Positions 1-11,561 of a DNA stretch of 64,000 bases are shown one piece after another (position 1 is the first letter of the stretch; every line of letters begins with the position of its first letter). A model generated the notes under the pieces. That model was given only the letters and a program-made list of their open reading frames with translations. It searched no databases and was not told the origin of the DNA. Origin of the DNA: Octopus vulgaris. Lineage: Eukaryota. A program made the position numbers and the translations under genes. Where the stretch lies: assembly GCA_951406725.2 (NCBI GenBank), contig OX597828.1, forward strand, positions 39,060,001-39,124,000, given 5' to 3'.

Positions 1-1137
1 TAATCGTTAAAATCCTCCCTTGTTTATTTATTCCATTTTTACAGTTCACCAATTAATAATACCTGTACAACAACACGAAATGTACCCACATGCCTCTTCG
101 TTTATTTCGTTGTGTTTTTAATTTCATTTGATTAAATTTGGTTTTTATTTTTTAATGGAGATCAATTTTGTGTCGATTATTTTCACGATTCTTAGTAAGA
201 TTAAAAAAAAAAGTTTTAAGCAGTAATTGGAATTAATTATATTTTTGAAATATCACGGGGTAAAAATTAAATTTTCGACTAATTTAATGCATGCGTATAG
301 CTAATTAATTAATTAGGATTGTTTAATGTGTATATCTACTGTTGGCAAGTGGACAGTAATTTTGACATCAGGATGACAGTTAAAAAGGATAAAGCTAGCT
401 TGCTACCTTATTCACACACTTTATATAGTCCCGCTTACATTTTTCTTCTTGATTTCCTTTTTCCCCTCTTCCTTATTCTTTTATGAACTTTAGTGAGTCA
501 TTGTCCCCCCTCAGGGGGTTCTCGTTGGACAAAATGGCCCCAACTATCCTTTTCCCCTCTACCACGCTTAGCTAGCTTGCTTGCCTTTTAGATTGTCTTC
601 AAGCCAAGAGAATTTATTTTCTCATTATACATATATTTAGGCTGTCTTATTAGCATTTAATTATTGATTTGTGTATTTAAATGAAGGCTAAAATAGAAAA
701 TGAATATATTTGTTTGATAACATTGCTGATGTCGTTTAGCTCCTTTCCAGCCATGACCATCTCATTTTTTAAAAATTTCAGATAGTGTATTATTAGGATA
801 ACATTATAATCCAATGTGTTTTAAAACGGTAGGGAAAGAAATCTGGCTGTTATTTCTAGCATGTTGGACAATCATATAGAGGCTCGTTGTTATAATTACC
901 GTTTCGTTGTTTCCATTATCTATAAAAAAATATTGATAATTAATTACACGTTTATAACAACTAGACAATTCTAGTGAAAAATAAAAACAAAATCTATGTT
1001 AAAACCCAACAAGCTCAGTTGGTCGACTACCTTCAGCTGGTCTAAATTAAAACGAACATTCGGTCACTGACTCCCCACCAAGGAAACCCTTCCTTTATCT
1101 CATAACCGACGCCATCTATTAAAACACATACAACAGC

Positions 1138-2083
1138 AAGCTAGCGAGGGAGCCTCAACGCGGTCGCTCGACATTCTAGAGATAGCAGTCAAATCTCCAA
1201 CTCGCACCCTCCTGTTTTAAATATAGAAAAGACGCATTAGATAATGTAGTCCCATATTATCCTTAAAAAAGATAGGATGGCCATAATTGGAATACTTTCG
1301 TCAGAGTTCAGAATGGGAAAAATGTTTTATCAGCTGTCTTCCCGCATTCTCGGCCAGTGCTGACCAACAGCAACGTATACAGTGAGGTGCTTCTAATGTA
1401 GTTTCTCAACATGCTAGAAAGAAATAGCCAAATCTCCCTTAAATCACCCCCGTCTTAAATAAAGAACATATTGGATAATGTAGTCCTACATATAATCTCT
1501 AAAACGGCAAGATGTCACGGTTGGAATGTCTGTGATCATAGATCTCGATCTGGGCTGAACAATAAACACGTACAAGGGAGCTTCCACACGATCGCTTGAC
1601 CTGTAGAAATAGCAACCAACTTACCCTAAAACGTCATTCTGTCGTCTTGACTAAGAAAAGAACACATTGGATAATACAAGTTTCGACATAGCTCTAAAAT
1701 GTCATGCGATGATGATGGTCATGGCTGGAATCGCTTTGCTCATAGATAGGTCGGTCGTATCAGAGCTGACCGGGAATTAAATAACAGGACCGCGACGACT
1801 TAATCGTTCATGTCCTTATATATATATATATATATATTTTTTTTTTTTATGACATTAAAATACTAAGATTATAATTAAGTAAACACGTGTCGAGAGTGTC
1901 ACTACGTTGTCGTTCGACCTGTTAGAAACAACAGCCAAATGTCTCAAATTACGCCCTGCAATCTTGAAACAAAAATTGGTGGGGGACATACTGGAAAATG
2001 TCCGGGCTTTACAATACCTGGGGTGAGTGTGAGAATAGATACTTTGATCAGGGTTTGTTGACCTTGAGCTAAACAACTACAAC
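1138..2083 (+). mobile_element. Four head-to-tail copies of ~200-bp retroposon family E (non-tRNA head, (CAA)n tail)
   Basis: Copies at ~1138-1310, 1380-1565, 1572-1785 and 1890-2083 share GGTCGCTCGACCTGCTAGAAATAGCAGCCAAATCTCCC..GGATAATGTAGTC..GGCTGGAATGCCTTTGATC..GGGCTAAACAAC. Other copies include ~730-890(-), 3565-3725(-), 4020-4170, 6820-6980(-), 12140-12315, 18070-18270, 18560-18640, 24125-24340(-), 29520-29715, 34730-34905(-), 39865-40015(-), 45170-45610(-), 48540-48960(-) and 57380-57585. Confidence 0.8.
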
Positions 2084-2125
2084 ATATACTTTCAAGTATA
2101 TCCGAACATTATTATTATTATTAGT

Positions 2126-2570
2126 AAAGCGGCGAGCTGGCAGAATCGTTAGCACGCCGGACAAAATGCTTAGAGGCATTTCGTCCGTCTTCATGTTCTG
2201 AGTTCAAACTCCGCCGAGATCGAGTTTGCCTTTCATCCTTTAGGATCGATAAAATGAGAACCAGTTGAGCACTGGGTCGATGTAATTGACTTATCCCTTC
2301 CCCCTAACTTACTGGCCTTGTACCAAAATCTGAAAGCAATATTATTATTGTTAAGGCGGCGAGCTGGCACAGTCGTTAGCATGCCGGGCGTAATGCTTAG
2401 CTGCATTTCGTCCGTCCTTACGGTCTGAGTTCAAATAACGCCTGTACAATTTACTTTTTATCCTGTAGGTATCGATAAAATAAGTATCAGTTGAGCACTG
2501 GGGTCGATGTAATCGACTTGTCCTCCCGCCAAAAACTTTATGTCTTGTGCCTTTAGCAGAAAGGATTATT
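2126..2570 (+). mobile_element. Two tandem family-C SINEs in (TAT)n
   Basis: Head AAGGCGGCGAGCTGGCAGAATCGTTAGC..GAGTTCAAA (A/B boxes), central GCCTTTCATCCT..GTCGATAAAAT..GTACCAG, tail merging into ATT repeats. Confidence 0.85.
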
Positions 2571-2796
2571 ACTATTATTATTATTGTCTTTTCCATTTCA
2601 ATCATTTACTTGTTTATTGATTTTGTTTTCATACAGTTTCCCTCTCTCTTCTCATTTCATATTCCCAGGCTGTTTGCTTACCAACAAGGGGGTTTACATT
2701 GCATAGCTTTCACTCTGATCTATAAGCTCCCTTCTCTTCCACGTGGATAAAATATATCCAGGAAGAATTTTTATGCCTTATTATTCTCTCTTACAG

Positions 2797-2814
2797 GAGC
2801 ACACTTGATTTGGG
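2797..2814 (+). other. Candidate 18-nt microexon in the intron upstream of USP3 exon 2
   Basis: ctctcttacag|GAGCACACTTGATTTGGG|gtaagc; length divisible by 3 and open in the phase-1 frame needed to join exon 8572. Confidence 0.3.
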
Positions 2815-5800
2815 GTAAGCTTAAATTTTAATTTGCAATGTGATCAAATATGTCACATTTTCATCTTAGGAAGCCTCTCCACCAAAGTTCCTTCCTAACC
2901 AGCTTGTGTAAGATGTCATTTCAGTGAGTGCGACTAAGAGGAAAAGTATATATTACACTTTATTAAAATCAGAATAAGATTATTAACTTGCTCTTAAAAA
3001 TAATTTTAAACGCACCAAATACTTTATTATTGCACTGCACTGTATAACTGGCTCAATTTAAAAATAAATTAGTTATACTAGGAAATTTACATTTCCATCT
3101 CCTACTTTGTATGGAGTGCAAAAATTAATCAAAAATTTCCTGGAGGTGCAAACTGTAAAAAATGTTAGGAATCATTACACTATGCGGTTGCTCGACCTGT
3201 TTAAAATAGCTACCAAATCTGTCAGAAAGCACACCCTACGTTCTTAATAACGGAATGACACACACCTTGTAAGCTGACAGAAACTTTCAGGAAGTCTGCC
3301 ATGTGTATAACTAATAAACCCTTACTGAGCTTCAAAGTTCAATTCAAATAATGAAAATATTCTAAACACACTAAGGGAATGGATGTACACCATTTGAGTG
3401 TATTTAACCATTTGTCTGTGCAATCGGGCCTTAATATCAACAATTTGTTATCATTCTTATGGTTTATCTTGGAGTAGAATGGTTTGCCTCTTGAAATTTA
3501 GTCTTTTGAGAGTTTTTGTTCATTGTTATTCTTGTTGCTTGGTTTCTAAGATAAATTGTTTGGTTTCTTCAGCTCCGAGTCAGCCCTCATTGAGTTGATC
3601 CATAATCAAAGGCATTCCAACTTATAAATACTGGACCGCAATTTACAATGTGTCTCCCCCCCACACACACATTTTTTAAACATGGAGCGTAAATGAGGGC
3701 GATTTTGGCTGCTATCTAAAAACAGTTGGAGCTTGGTTTTTGTTGCTGACTGCCGAATTTTTATTGTTCTGGCCACGATGGTGGGAAATTTGGTATCATG
3801 AACTTACTTCAAGGTAGAGGAGAGAGAATGAGTAGGAAGATCCCCTAAAACTGTCAGTTATATTATTTGGACACTGGCCAAGCTGAAATTTAATCTGGAA
3901 GAGAAATCATTAGAGAAAGATAGCTAGTATCATTTTCTTCTTTTTTTTTTTTACATATTCTTTGCAGATCTTATTTCTTAATGGATGAATTGCTTGTCTG
4001 AAATACATTTATCCTTTACGGGCCAACGAGAAAGCCTCTACATGGCCGCTAGACATGCTAGAAACAACAGCCAAATCTCATTGCTGGATAATGTTTTCCT
4101 ATACTCACTTTCAAAAGGATGAGAGAGTGATAGGTGCAATGCCTTTGATCATAAATCTGTTCAATCAATGCCAATCAATGTTCTCAATCAGTACTTCTTC
4201 ATCTTAATGTAATTCAGTGCGACTTTCACTGGATGACGTAAAAAGAGATTGTTTTAATAAAACAGAACGTAATTTTGCGCAGTAGTTTGTTCATGTTCTT
4301 AATAATATCCAATCCAGCCTCTGGCTTCTTTTAGATATTTGTATGAACTTGTGTATCTGAGTTGATTTTTTTAATGGTAATTACTAAAGGCAAGGACTTA
4401 TATCTTTTATCTTTTACTTGTTTCAGTCATTAGACTGCGGCCATGCTGGAGCACCGTCTTGAAGAATTTTAGTCGAACGAATTGATCCCAGTACTTATTT
4501 TAAAGTTTGGTACTTATTCTATCAGTGACTTTCGTCGAACCGCTAAGTTACAGGGACGTAAACAAACCAACGCCGGTTGTCAAGCGATTGTGGGTACACG
4601 CGCGCGCGTGCACTTATATATATATATATATACATACACGACGGTCTCCTTTCAGTTTCCGTCTACCAAATCCACTCACAAGGCTTTGGTCGGCCCGAAC
4701 CTATAGCAGAAGACACTTTGGCTCAGCACCAGTCATGTTTTTTTTCTGTTCATTGATCTCAATGTCCTATTCGTAACGATTTAATTAAAAATAGAAATAG
4801 TGAATCTGAGTTAAATATTTTATTGCTAAAATCAGGCCATTCTCTAAACCCCCAAATCCCAATGTGATCACACAACGCCCTTCATAGGTGCTGCTTCTGC
4901 CCATGCCAAGGAACCTAGTCTAACAAATAACATTAATCTTTTAAGAAATCCTCTATTTTAAAACTTAACTAGGCCCTGTCACATCGATATTCTGTACTCG
5001 ATTGATTTATTTATTAACAGATCAAAACTGTACTAAATCCATCAGGGTTATACGATAATACTAGAAGAAAACGAAATAATTAAACGGACTTCTTAAATTT
5101 AAGGCTCACGATTTTTAGTAATCAAGGGAAATGATGTTAAAGCTGTCTGTTTCTATGTATATTATTGTCTTGTATATCTGTTCCAAGTAAATCTGGAAAA
5201 CTATATTATTTCAGCTGAATTAATGTAGACAGATAGGGAAATGTTGATCAGTTTTTAATTGATTTGTACTGTTGAGCATTGATGAATATATAAATACCTT
5301 TGAATAAATTATTATGGGATCAGAAAAGGCATCAACTTCTAGACGGATCATTCTCCTCCATTAAGATGTATTATTCATCACTTGTATTTTTCTTTGTCTA
5401 TATCTCTTTCATTTTGTGTCTTTCTACTCATCCAGCTTAGCTTCTTACTAAGTTGGTGATTTCATTTCAATATGAATTCACTCACGCTTAAAACAAGCAC
5501 ACACACACATATTTATTAAGACGTTTTAGTTTGCAGTAGACATGTAAGACAAAATTATGGAGTTGTGCTTGTTTGGAAAGGATGATAATGATGTTCAACA
5601 CACACACAGAGTCGTCTAAGAATCCATAAAATCATTAAAAATATGCACTTGTATATTTCTCAACAGAGTGGGTATATTAATAAAAGTATGCAGTACCATA
5701 GATCCATTTCAGCCGTTCTTGCCAACCGATTTCGCACTAGGTATTAAATAACTATGGTATATCTATAATCCTGTAGACTACACGTGTGTGTGTGTACATG

Positions 5801-7845
5801 TGTACATACATGCACGCAACGTGAACCTTCTTTAGCCAACCCAGAGCGCACTAGAGGTTTCATTGGACACTTTTGGATATAAACGTATGACTTCCTCTAA
5901 TGTTTTTGAATTCTTCCACATGGCACTGTATACAACCATTTATTAGATTTGATTTGCATCGTTGATGGATTTATTCTTAGTATCATTTAATGAAGTGAAA
6001 TATAGTTGATAAAGGCATTAGATTATTTAGTTTTGTTTCTCTACGTTTCTGAGTTCAATTACCGTCAAAGTCATTAAAATAACCATCTATTTAATTATTG
6101 GGGTCAATTCAGTTAAGTGAAAATAACTGTTCCCTCATGTATTTGTGATTTTGTGTTGATATTAAAAAATAATGTATCTGGTATTAAATATACTCTTGAT
6201 CTTTAATGATCCAAGCTTAAAAATCCTTTGAAGTTCTTCCGAGTGAAAGTTTATCGCAGTGTCGTTATTTAGTCGGTCTTAAGACCATTTTTGCTGACTG
6301 GGAAGGAATGTTAATGTTGCTTTTTTTTTTTTTTTAAATCAGCTCTGGGAAGTTGAAAAGCTGAGTCGATATCTACAAAGATTGAACATCAATGAAACAC
6401 TAATCTAGATACATTATAAAATATATATTATTGAACCAACAACAGAGGTTTTTTGCGCGTTGCTTGGCCTACTAAAAAGACTAGTTGAATCTGGTAGTCA
6501 AGATATACCTTACAAATAAATTAATTAATTAAATAAAAGGGTATTGTCAAGCTGGAATGCCTTTGGTTTTACTCTGCTGGATCAAGTCCGACTTGGATAG
6601 GATAAACATTTATATTAAACTATGGACCGCCATCCCTTTACTCACGAGCGACATTTATTATTCGTGAACGATAAAGTAGATTCATACCTTTATTTTCAAA
6701 ACGTCACCATCTCGTATTATGGCATTTCGTCCGGCATTGGTGCAAAGGGCAGGCGGGGGTGGTTGTGGGGGAAACTGTTCAGATATCAAACTTCATTGTG
6801 TTGTGTGCTGTCAATATTGTTTTTACTTAATTCCATGTCAGCCCTCATCGAGCAAACCTATGATCAAAGACATTCCAACCGTGGCCATGCCACCCCCACC
6901 TCCCAAATATAGTGTATCTAATGTCCTTTTCAAAGATGGTAGGGTATATGGTTTGAGGGGTATTTAACTTTTTTTTTCTAGTGAATTATGTAGAGGTATA
7001 AAATTACCAGCAATATATTGAATTTTATCAAAGCAAAGGCATTCCTTAAATAAAAGAATCTCTTGTTTAAGACGACCGTCTTTATTTAGAAGCGTGAAAA
7101 AACATACCATGTAACAGCATTCATCTTTTTTCTAAAGGCTTGTTTTATGTATAGTTTATTATGCATCATTCGTATTGAACATGTTTCTTTCATTCTAAAT
7201 GTTGAAAAGCATCACGTTTGAAACCTGATATAATACACTAACTAGATATGCAGTGTTGATCTTGCAGGATAGACTAGCTTTGAAAGAATTTATAAGCCAG
7301 GAATAAATATAAAAACACAAAGAAAAAACCCCCAAACTCTTGCTTCTTTTTATGATTGATTATATCTCAGATTTTCAATCCAAGCTGTTTATTATACTTC
7401 CTTAACCCTATTGCCATCATTACTTGATGCCACTCGAAATCCTAGACAACCCAACAAACACTACTAAAAGTTGAAAAGCAGGTTTTATTTTATTCCACCA
7501 AACATGATTTTCCTTTTTTTTTTTTTTCATTCCAAATATACTTTATGTAGCTTTTCTCTTTCTTTCTCTTACTGGAGTGATGGTGAATGGATTTTATTTC
7601 AACAGCATTTTCATATGATGCGTCGCCTGTCAGCACTATTGGTGTTTCATTTATAAAACTAGTGAAAAGGTTTAAGATGCTTTAATATTCTTTTATACTT
7701 CAGAGCTGGGTTGGTGTGATATTAGTGTTTAGTTCAATCAAGTTTTATAAAATATTGAACCACTGTCTTCAATGCTCTTTTTGTTAGTGATTTTAAGGAA
7801 TAGAACTCTATGACATTATATATTGAAGTCTTCTGGTGATTTTGC

Positions 7846-7876
<31 letters not shown>

Positions 7877-8571
7877 GTGTTATTTAGTTGGTTTTCCTGC
7901 TGTGTAGAAACTACTGTTGTTATTTGGAAATGTTCCAGTGTTTTTTCGGCTTCAATTGAATGTTTTATGTCTGAAACCGTAGCTTATCCCAATATTTCCT
8001 TAATAACTTGTATGTTTCCTTTCATAATAGCCTAGCCTTCTCGTCTTGTTCTGAGCAGAGAAATCGGCATTGTTTTTAAGCCGTGTTAGGTTGAGATTCT
8101 TGAGGCGAACGAAGGATTATTAAATTTTTTTTCTTCTTTCTCTTCCAATATCCATTAATAATGTACGTCACAAAGCTTCCGTTCTCTAATTTTTTAAAAA
8201 AACATTTTATGCCGAATTAACAAATTATAATTATCTTATATGCTTGAACAAGTAAAATGCTTGGAGCAAGAGACATCTTAAAGCAGTGAGTCGAGACAAA
8301 CGACGGCCTGGTTTCTCACTTCACTTTCACTGTTAATTTTCTTGGGAAAAGCATAAATGCCACAAATTCTAATTTCCCTTCCTCTCTAAATTACATCATG
8401 TTTCGTATTTAATATGTAAGGTCATTATGCCGTTATTGTTATGACTACTAGTGACGTAGCTGCTTTCAGTTCTCTGGTTTTGTTTCCTCCTCTCTGCAAT
8501 AAATGTATTTAACTTCGTTTCAATGTTTGTTATATCTCCAACTTAACATTTTTTGTTTATTTTGCTTTCAG

Positions 8572-8632
8572 TGTGTAAAACAGAAAAAAGTCCCTGGATT
8601 TGTTTATGTTGTGGAGTGGTAAATTGCGGCAG
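8572..8632 (+). CDS. USP3: Coding exon (61 nt, phase 1 to 2) of a USP3-like ubiquitin-specific protease, ZnF-UBP domain; equivalent to vertebrate exon 2
   Basis: Polypyrimidine tract ..ttttgctttcag acceptor and AG|gtaata donor. Translates (V)CKTEKSPWICLCCGVVNCG(R), matching the vertebrate USP3 segment VCRSNKSPWVCLTCSSVHCGR as recalled. Confidence 0.9.
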
Positions 8633-9100
8633 GTAATATTCTCTTATTTCACATCTTTTAAATTATTTTTGAGCAGTTGCGGTTCTAATTTTACAAGTCT
8701 TTATACTCAATTAAATCAAAATCTATATCATAACATCGGCGGTGGAACTGATTTATGGTTATGATTTTTTTTCTTTTTTTACAATATTATATTTTGCTGT
8801 AAGGTTACTGTAGCTGTCTTACATAGTCTGTACTTGGTTTCCAAGATGGATTTCTTTTGAGTTAATCATCAATACATAGGCGTTTTGTATACGGGCTTCT
8901 ACAGCTTCCACCTACCAAAATCATCTGCAAGGCATTGGGAGGCTAAAGTAGAAAACACTTGTCGCAAGGTGACAGGCAATGAGTCTAAACTCAAAAGCAC
9001 GTAACTGGAAAGCGAGCTTCTGAATTACACAACCGTGTCCATATTTTCAGTTCAAAACGGATTATCAGAAATGTTGATTTTAGTAAATGCATTTCCTATA

Positions 9101-9464
9101 TCTCTCTATATATAAACGGCAAAATGTCTGCGTGTGTGTCCTTTATACAAATCCACAATTTTTCAGTTAGAGGGCTCGCACTTTCTATGATCATTCAAAA
9201 CCGTCCAAGGGTGGTCGTGCACATCTTTACATTTCCCCAGTCACCCCGCAAAGCCATTAAAAACTCAATAGAAGTGATTTTTTGGTGAATTTTCTATCCA
9301 AAACCCAATCAAAATGCCCGAAACTTGATACACCAATTGAATGCCAGCTAGCTGTATGTGATTGGTCGGAGATTTGGACAGTACTCGCGTGTATGTGCGC
9401 ACGCACGCAGCTGTATATGCATGCACTAGCACTATGACCCAGCAACGCCGGGTCATAGTGCTAG
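9101..9464 (+). mobile_element. Non-autonomous Helitron
   Basis: Starts TC(TCTCTATATATAAA) after an A and ends CTAG before a T, with a subterminal GC-rich hairpin GACCCAGCAACGCCGGGTC; no TSD. Confidence 0.8.
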
Positions 9465-9469
9465 TATTA

Positions 9470-9665
9470 TATATTCGCCATGATAGATCGCTAGCTGCTA
9501 TACTTTTTTCTATTTTCTCTCCCTGTTTATTTTTGTGTTCCTTTCTTCGAAAAGCGTAGGCTCGAAACGTAAAAGACTCACTTCCCGAGCGTTAAACTAA
9601 TACATCAGTTTGTTGTTTACACACCCGTCTTTTGGGGTTTTTTTTTGTAAATTTTCACTATATAT
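9470..9665 (+). mobile_element. Penelope-like terminal-repeat fragment; second copy 58705-58890
   Basis: The two copies are homologous and share GAAGAGC(G/A)TAGGCTCGAAAC..AAAGAC-like sequence; both are embedded in TA runs. Confidence 0.5.
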
Positions 9666-10255
9666 ATGCGCACATATATATAGTGTTGGTGTCACGTATA
9701 AGCACTGAGTAAAGTGACGTTAGGAAGTGCATCTAGCCGTAGAAACCAAACCAAAACAGACTGTGAGACCTGGTGCGGCTCCTGGCCTTGCCGGCCCCTG
9801 TCAAGCTGTCCAATTCATGGAAAACGGGCGTTAAATGATAATGATGATGATACACACCTGCACGCACACTTATAATGGTGCTGAGTATATTGGAAATGAT
9901 CAGATAACCCAACGGTCCTCAACTTTTTCACTTCAAACCAGTTACATGCAACACAGTTTTTTCCACGGACAGTGGAATCATGCGCATGAACAAAATACAA
10001 TAATGTGCATAATATATAATTTAATTATTACGTATATAATACATAAAACATTCTGCAGGTAGCGATAATCAATAAAATAGGAATAAAATTTAAAAGATCA
10101 TTCCTCCTCTGCGGCCCGGTTATTAGGGACCCCTGGGATAATCTACCTACTTGCCCCTCCCACGCACCTGTCTCCCGAAATAACTCGCACCTCACACCAA
10201 TCATTTCTCTCGGCCTTTCTCCTTCATCAGTCACGCGTTACTCCTCGATATCTCG

Positions 10256-10488
10256 GGTACTAGTAGCGTAGACTGGACCCGGTTTGCGCAGACGCGCTAG
10301 CCAGACGTAGGCAGTCGATCCTACGAGCTGACTGGCGCATGCACGATATATACTTGTATCGATATATACGATTTATACTTGTATATATCGTGCATGTGCG
10401 CCAGTCAGCTCGTAGGATCGACTGCCTACGTCTGGCTAGGACGGACGCGCGTGTGCGCAAACCGGGTCCAGTCTACGCTACTAGTACC
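10256..10488. mobile_element. Palindromic CpG-rich MITE (Merlin- or MULE-like)
   Basis: Nearly the whole element is an inverted repeat (GGTACTAGTAGCGTAGACTGGACCCGGTTTGCGCA.. / ..TGCGCAAACCGGGTCCAGTCTACGCTACTAGTACC). 9-bp TSD GATATCTCG (10247-10255) / GACATCTCG (10489-10497); GG termini. Confidence 0.85.
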
Positions 10489-10936
10489 GACATCTCGTTC
10501 CCTGCGATCACCTCCTTTCTGTAACATTTGAACGTGTTCACTTCCCCTTGTCGTTACCTTACTTTATTCGTTACCACTATAAAGTTGACCGGTTAAGGCT
10601 GCGAGCTGCGCGTTCGTTACTGCATCAGACAAATTGCGTAGCAGCATTTCTTTCAACTCTTTGTGTTCTGAGTTTAAATGCCGCCGAGATCGGCTTTGCC
10701 TTTCATTTTTACAGCTTCGATAAAATAAGAAACAGTTAAGTACTGGGTTCAAATGTCCTCAACTAGCTCCTTTCGCCAAAATTTCAGCCCTTGTGCCTAA
10801 TGTAGGAAAATGTCTGTCGGTGTTTAACCCACGCAGGCAGCATTCGACCATGCCACTTTCGCGTATGATCGTAATGTTTAGTTAACACTTATTTTCATAT
10901 CTTGAAATCTTTAGAAAAGACGGAACTAGAAACTCT

Positions 10937-11561
10937 GGATCTTTTCCTTTTGAATGGCAGATGTCAACACAATTTCTAGTTAACTAAACACTTTTAAACT
11001 TCGTATACTGGTAGAATGTGTTTATAAAACATCATTTTCTCTTGGTTTTATTGAGAAAATTCTATAGTTTGTAAGATATTTCGTCTGAAAATCCGAGCAT
11101 TTCGGCAATTTTAACCAATCGATTACCTCCATTCAACTAAAATCATTTGCTGCGTCTAAAACTGAGACAACATCCTGTAACTAACCCTAAACCTCCCCCT
11201 AACCCTAATTTTATTTTCTTAATTGTTAAATTAATTTAATTCCATTGCTTTAGTTTTTTTTTACACGCGTAACAATTAAATTAATTTAACAATTAAGAAA
11301 AAAAAAAATTAGGGTTGGGGGGAGGTTTAGGGTTAGTGATAGGATGTTGTCTCAGTTTTAGACGCAGCAAATGATTTTAGCTCAAAAGAGAGCATAGGAT
11401 TGGTTAAAATTCGAAAAATTAAACTACGTTAAACAAACAAATTACAATTTTCTCAAAGCCAAGAGAAAAAAATGTTTTATTTTGACACATTCTACCAGTA
11501 TTCGAAGTTTTAAAGTGTTTAGTTAATTAGAAATTGTCTGCCGTTCAAAAAGAAAAGATCC
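10937..11561. mobile_element. Foldback MITE with ~300-bp arms (Merlin-like)
   Basis: Termini GGATCTTTTCCTTTTGAATGGCAGA / TCTGCCGTTCAAAAAGAAAAGATCC; perfect 8-bp TSD GAAACTCT (10929-10936, 11562-11569); internal TAACCCTAA/TTAGGGTT motifs. Confidence 0.88.

Noticed and set aside
2870-2923. AG/GT-bounded 54-nt segment
   Set aside because: Contains a stop in the USP3-compatible phase, would need a 55-nt intron, and overlaps what looks like a decayed hAT end.
3111-3128. ATG GAG TGC as a possible USP3 start (MEC..)
   Set aside because: Stop codon after five codons and no donor site; exon 1 probably lies upstream of the window.
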